This document shows positions 1 through 64,000 of a stretch of 64,000 nucleotides of DNA, in pieces (positions within the stretch are counted from its first letter, which is position 1; each line of letters begins with the position of its first letter). The position numbers and the translations under genes are program-made. The stretch is from Octopus vulgaris (lineage: Eukaryota), in contig OX597831.1 of the NCBI GenBank assembly GCA_951406725.2, positions 52,700,001 through 52,764,000 of the forward strand, in the 5' to 3' direction. Under the pieces are notes generated by a model. The model was given only the letters and a program-made list of their open reading frames with translations, did no database searches and was not told where the DNA came from.

Positions 1-1160
1 TAGCATTGGAAAGAGCCTCCTCCAGCTGATTATCTCAGCAATCTGCACCCAGATGACAGGATCACCAGACTGGATGGTTTCAGGCTATTTGGCCCATCAT
101 CAGTGGTGAACACCCCACCACTTGCAATATCAATGACTGTCACTTGGTTTTCTATATATTGTGAGCTGGGGTGAATTCCTGCTATCTCTAGCAGCCAGGT
201 ATTCACCACCGACAATGAGTACAAATAGCCCGAAACTGTTTGCCCTGATGATCCCTTCATCTCCTAGAAGATGGTAGAAGTTCGCTCCCCTCTTGCAATA
301 TATACCAGGTGCAGACTGCATTGATAACCAGCTGTAAGAAGCTCTTCCTGGGGGTTAAAAATGGTAGTAATGTCAAACAGCCATATCAATGTGGTGATAA
401 ACAAACATTACTTCCAAGCAGATAAAGCTATAGATATATTGAAAGGTAGATGAATACAGTGGAAGGTATTAAATAGGCAGGTAGATAATGCAGTGATAGA
501 TGGATGAACAAACATATAGACTGGTGCAGGCATGGTTAGGTAATTAAGAAGCTCACTTTGCAACAGTGTGGTCTCAGGCTCAATCCAATTGTATGGCACC
601 TTGGGCAAGTGTCATCTGCGACAGCTTCTGGCTGACCCATGCCTAGTGAGTGAATTTGGTTGATTAGAAACTATGTGAAAGCTGGTTGGATATGTGTATG
701 TATGTGTGTGTGTGTGTATGCATGCATATGTTTTGTGTGTGTGTGTGTGTGTCTATGTATGTGCGCATGATTGAGTGTGTATACATGTGTGTGTGTTTGT
801 GTTTAACTCCCCCACTGCTTGACAACCGATATTGCTTTGTTTACATCCCAGTAACTTAACAATTTGGCAAAAGCAACCAATAGCATAAGTACCAGACTTT
901 AAAGAAAGAATAAGCATTTGTCCCATTTGCTTAACTAAAACCCTTCGAGGCAGTGCCCCAGCATGACCATAGTCCAATGACTAAAACAAGTAAAAAAAAA
1001 AAAAGAAAAAAGTAAAAATGAAAAAAGACAGGCAGGCAGATAAGATGACGGATGGATGGACAGACAGACAAATGGACAAGTATACAGATAGGCAGACAAA
1101 CATACAGGTATTCAGATCAACAAACAGTCATAGTGCAATCCGCCTGACTAGAAAACTCAC

Positions 1161-62543
<61,383 letters not shown>

Positions 62544-64000
62544 CTATAATAAATATACTTACTGTAATGAGCCAACAATGATACCTATATATAGCTGCTT
62601 GACTTCTTAGAAGTAGCAGTCAAGTTTCCCTCAAATCAGAAAAGAAAAAAGGTTCAATCCTTGTTAGGACATAATGACATTGGCTTTTGTATCTCAATGA
62701 ATCTGAGAGTTATGCCAACAGAGCAGAGCACAAGCACCTTCCATGCTGGACAAGTCAAAGGGTAGAGGCCGGACTGGACTAATATGGACTACCTCTTTTC
62801 AAGGGTAAAAATGGGGTTGTGTAAGAATGACATTCCTGCCTAGAATAAAAAAGAGGCAAAGTTATAGAAGCATCAATGAAAAACAAAACCAACAAGACCA
62901 ACAAGAGGAAAGACAGCCCAGAGCTGAGAATACTGGAGACAAGTTGTTGATGGGCCAAGCTCAAAGGGAAGTGAAGGGCTTAAGTAAGAAAATATTGGGT
63001 AATGTAGTCCTTGACTAAGGCACATGACTCAACCAGGTGTCTATATGGTCCCTTGGGGGCCCGTTGAAGATTTTGTTCTTAAAATTTATCTGCAATAAAT
63101 CAATTATATTTCTTGTTTCTTTATTGCCTACAAGGGCCTAAACATAGAGGGGACAAACAAGGACAGACAAAGGGATTAAGTCGGTTACACTGACCCCAGT
63201 GCATAACTAGTACTTAATTTATCGACCCCGAAAGGATGAAAGGCAAAGTCAACCTCGGTGGAATTTGAACTCAGAACATAATGGCAGACGAAATACTGCT
63301 TAGCATTTTGCCCAGTGTGCTAACTCGCCGCCTTTAAATTGTTTATATTTCTACAATACAAAGTACTAGAGGACAACCTCCAGACACTGAACTTTTCAGA
63401 TGAGATGAGAAAGGACTGAGATACCTGGCACTTGCTGTACTCCAGAAGAGTCATTCCTCTGCAACAGAAGTGTTAAGGCCACATCATCTGGTGAAGCAGA
63501 TTGTCCTGCAAGAGCATGTAAAAGCATGTGCCAGTGGCATGTAAAAGTGCATGTGCAGGTTCCATATTAAAAGCACCCAGCACATTAAAAACTGGTTGGC
63601 ATTAGGAAGAGCATCCAGCCATTAAACCAAGCCAAATCAGACTGGAAACTGATGCAGCTCTCTCTGGCCAAACCGTCCAACCCATGCCAGCATGGAAAAC
63701 AGACTTTAAAAGGATGATGATGATGATGTTGATGATGAATACACAAAATACTTCAGCAATTTTTTTATACAATTCTTTATGATATTTAATTATAGAAACA
63801 TAAGAGGATTTTTTCAACATCAAGTGGCTAGAAGGATCCATCTGACTAAAACAGGAATCAAAGGGGTCCATAAGTAAAAACTGGTTGAGAAACACTGACA
63901 TATTGGCTACAGTGCTGTATTCATGATTATAACGTCATGGTTTCAATTCTCAAACCAGGCAGCATGTTGTGCTCTCAAACCAGGCACTACTTTTTATGTT

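Noticed and set aside
1-410. Possible next exon of the coiled-coil gene (acceptor near 333)
   Set aside because: It translates to a short non-coiled-coil peptide ending in a stop; I could not identify the region, which is probably an old repeat.

Overview
This is AT-rich, repeat-dense eukaryotic DNA. The tRNA-headed SINE families, (ATG)n-tailed RTE ends and kb-scale (TA)n tracts point to an octopus/coleoid cephalopod genome (inferred from repeat content). The whole window lies inside one minus-strand, intron-rich coiled-coil gene resembling the CCDC177/CCDC185 (DUF4659) family. I traced 13 GT-AG exons with consistent phases, including an apparent alternative first exon at 45561-45646 next to a CpG-rich region; the gene continues past both window edges. 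The introns hold a near-intact young CR1-clade LINE (about 7601-12726, intact 962-aa APE-RT ORF2), a decayed RTE LINE with a PHD-like finger inside its RT, a DD36E Tc1 remnant, a decayed mariner, MITEs, a Helitron-like element and dozens of SINEs. The most notable observations are: (1) the CR1 ORF2 lacks an AUG and overlaps ORF1 in the -1 frame, with two correctly phased G_GGU_UUN slippery heptamers; (2) the CR1 is fused to an RTE 3' tail, suggesting piggy-back mobilisation; (3) a 1.3-kb minisatellite is built from near-consensus estrogen-response-element palindromes; (4) ~100-bp-arm palindromes recur next to (TA)n tracts. No searches were run, so family assignments rest on motif recognition by eye.
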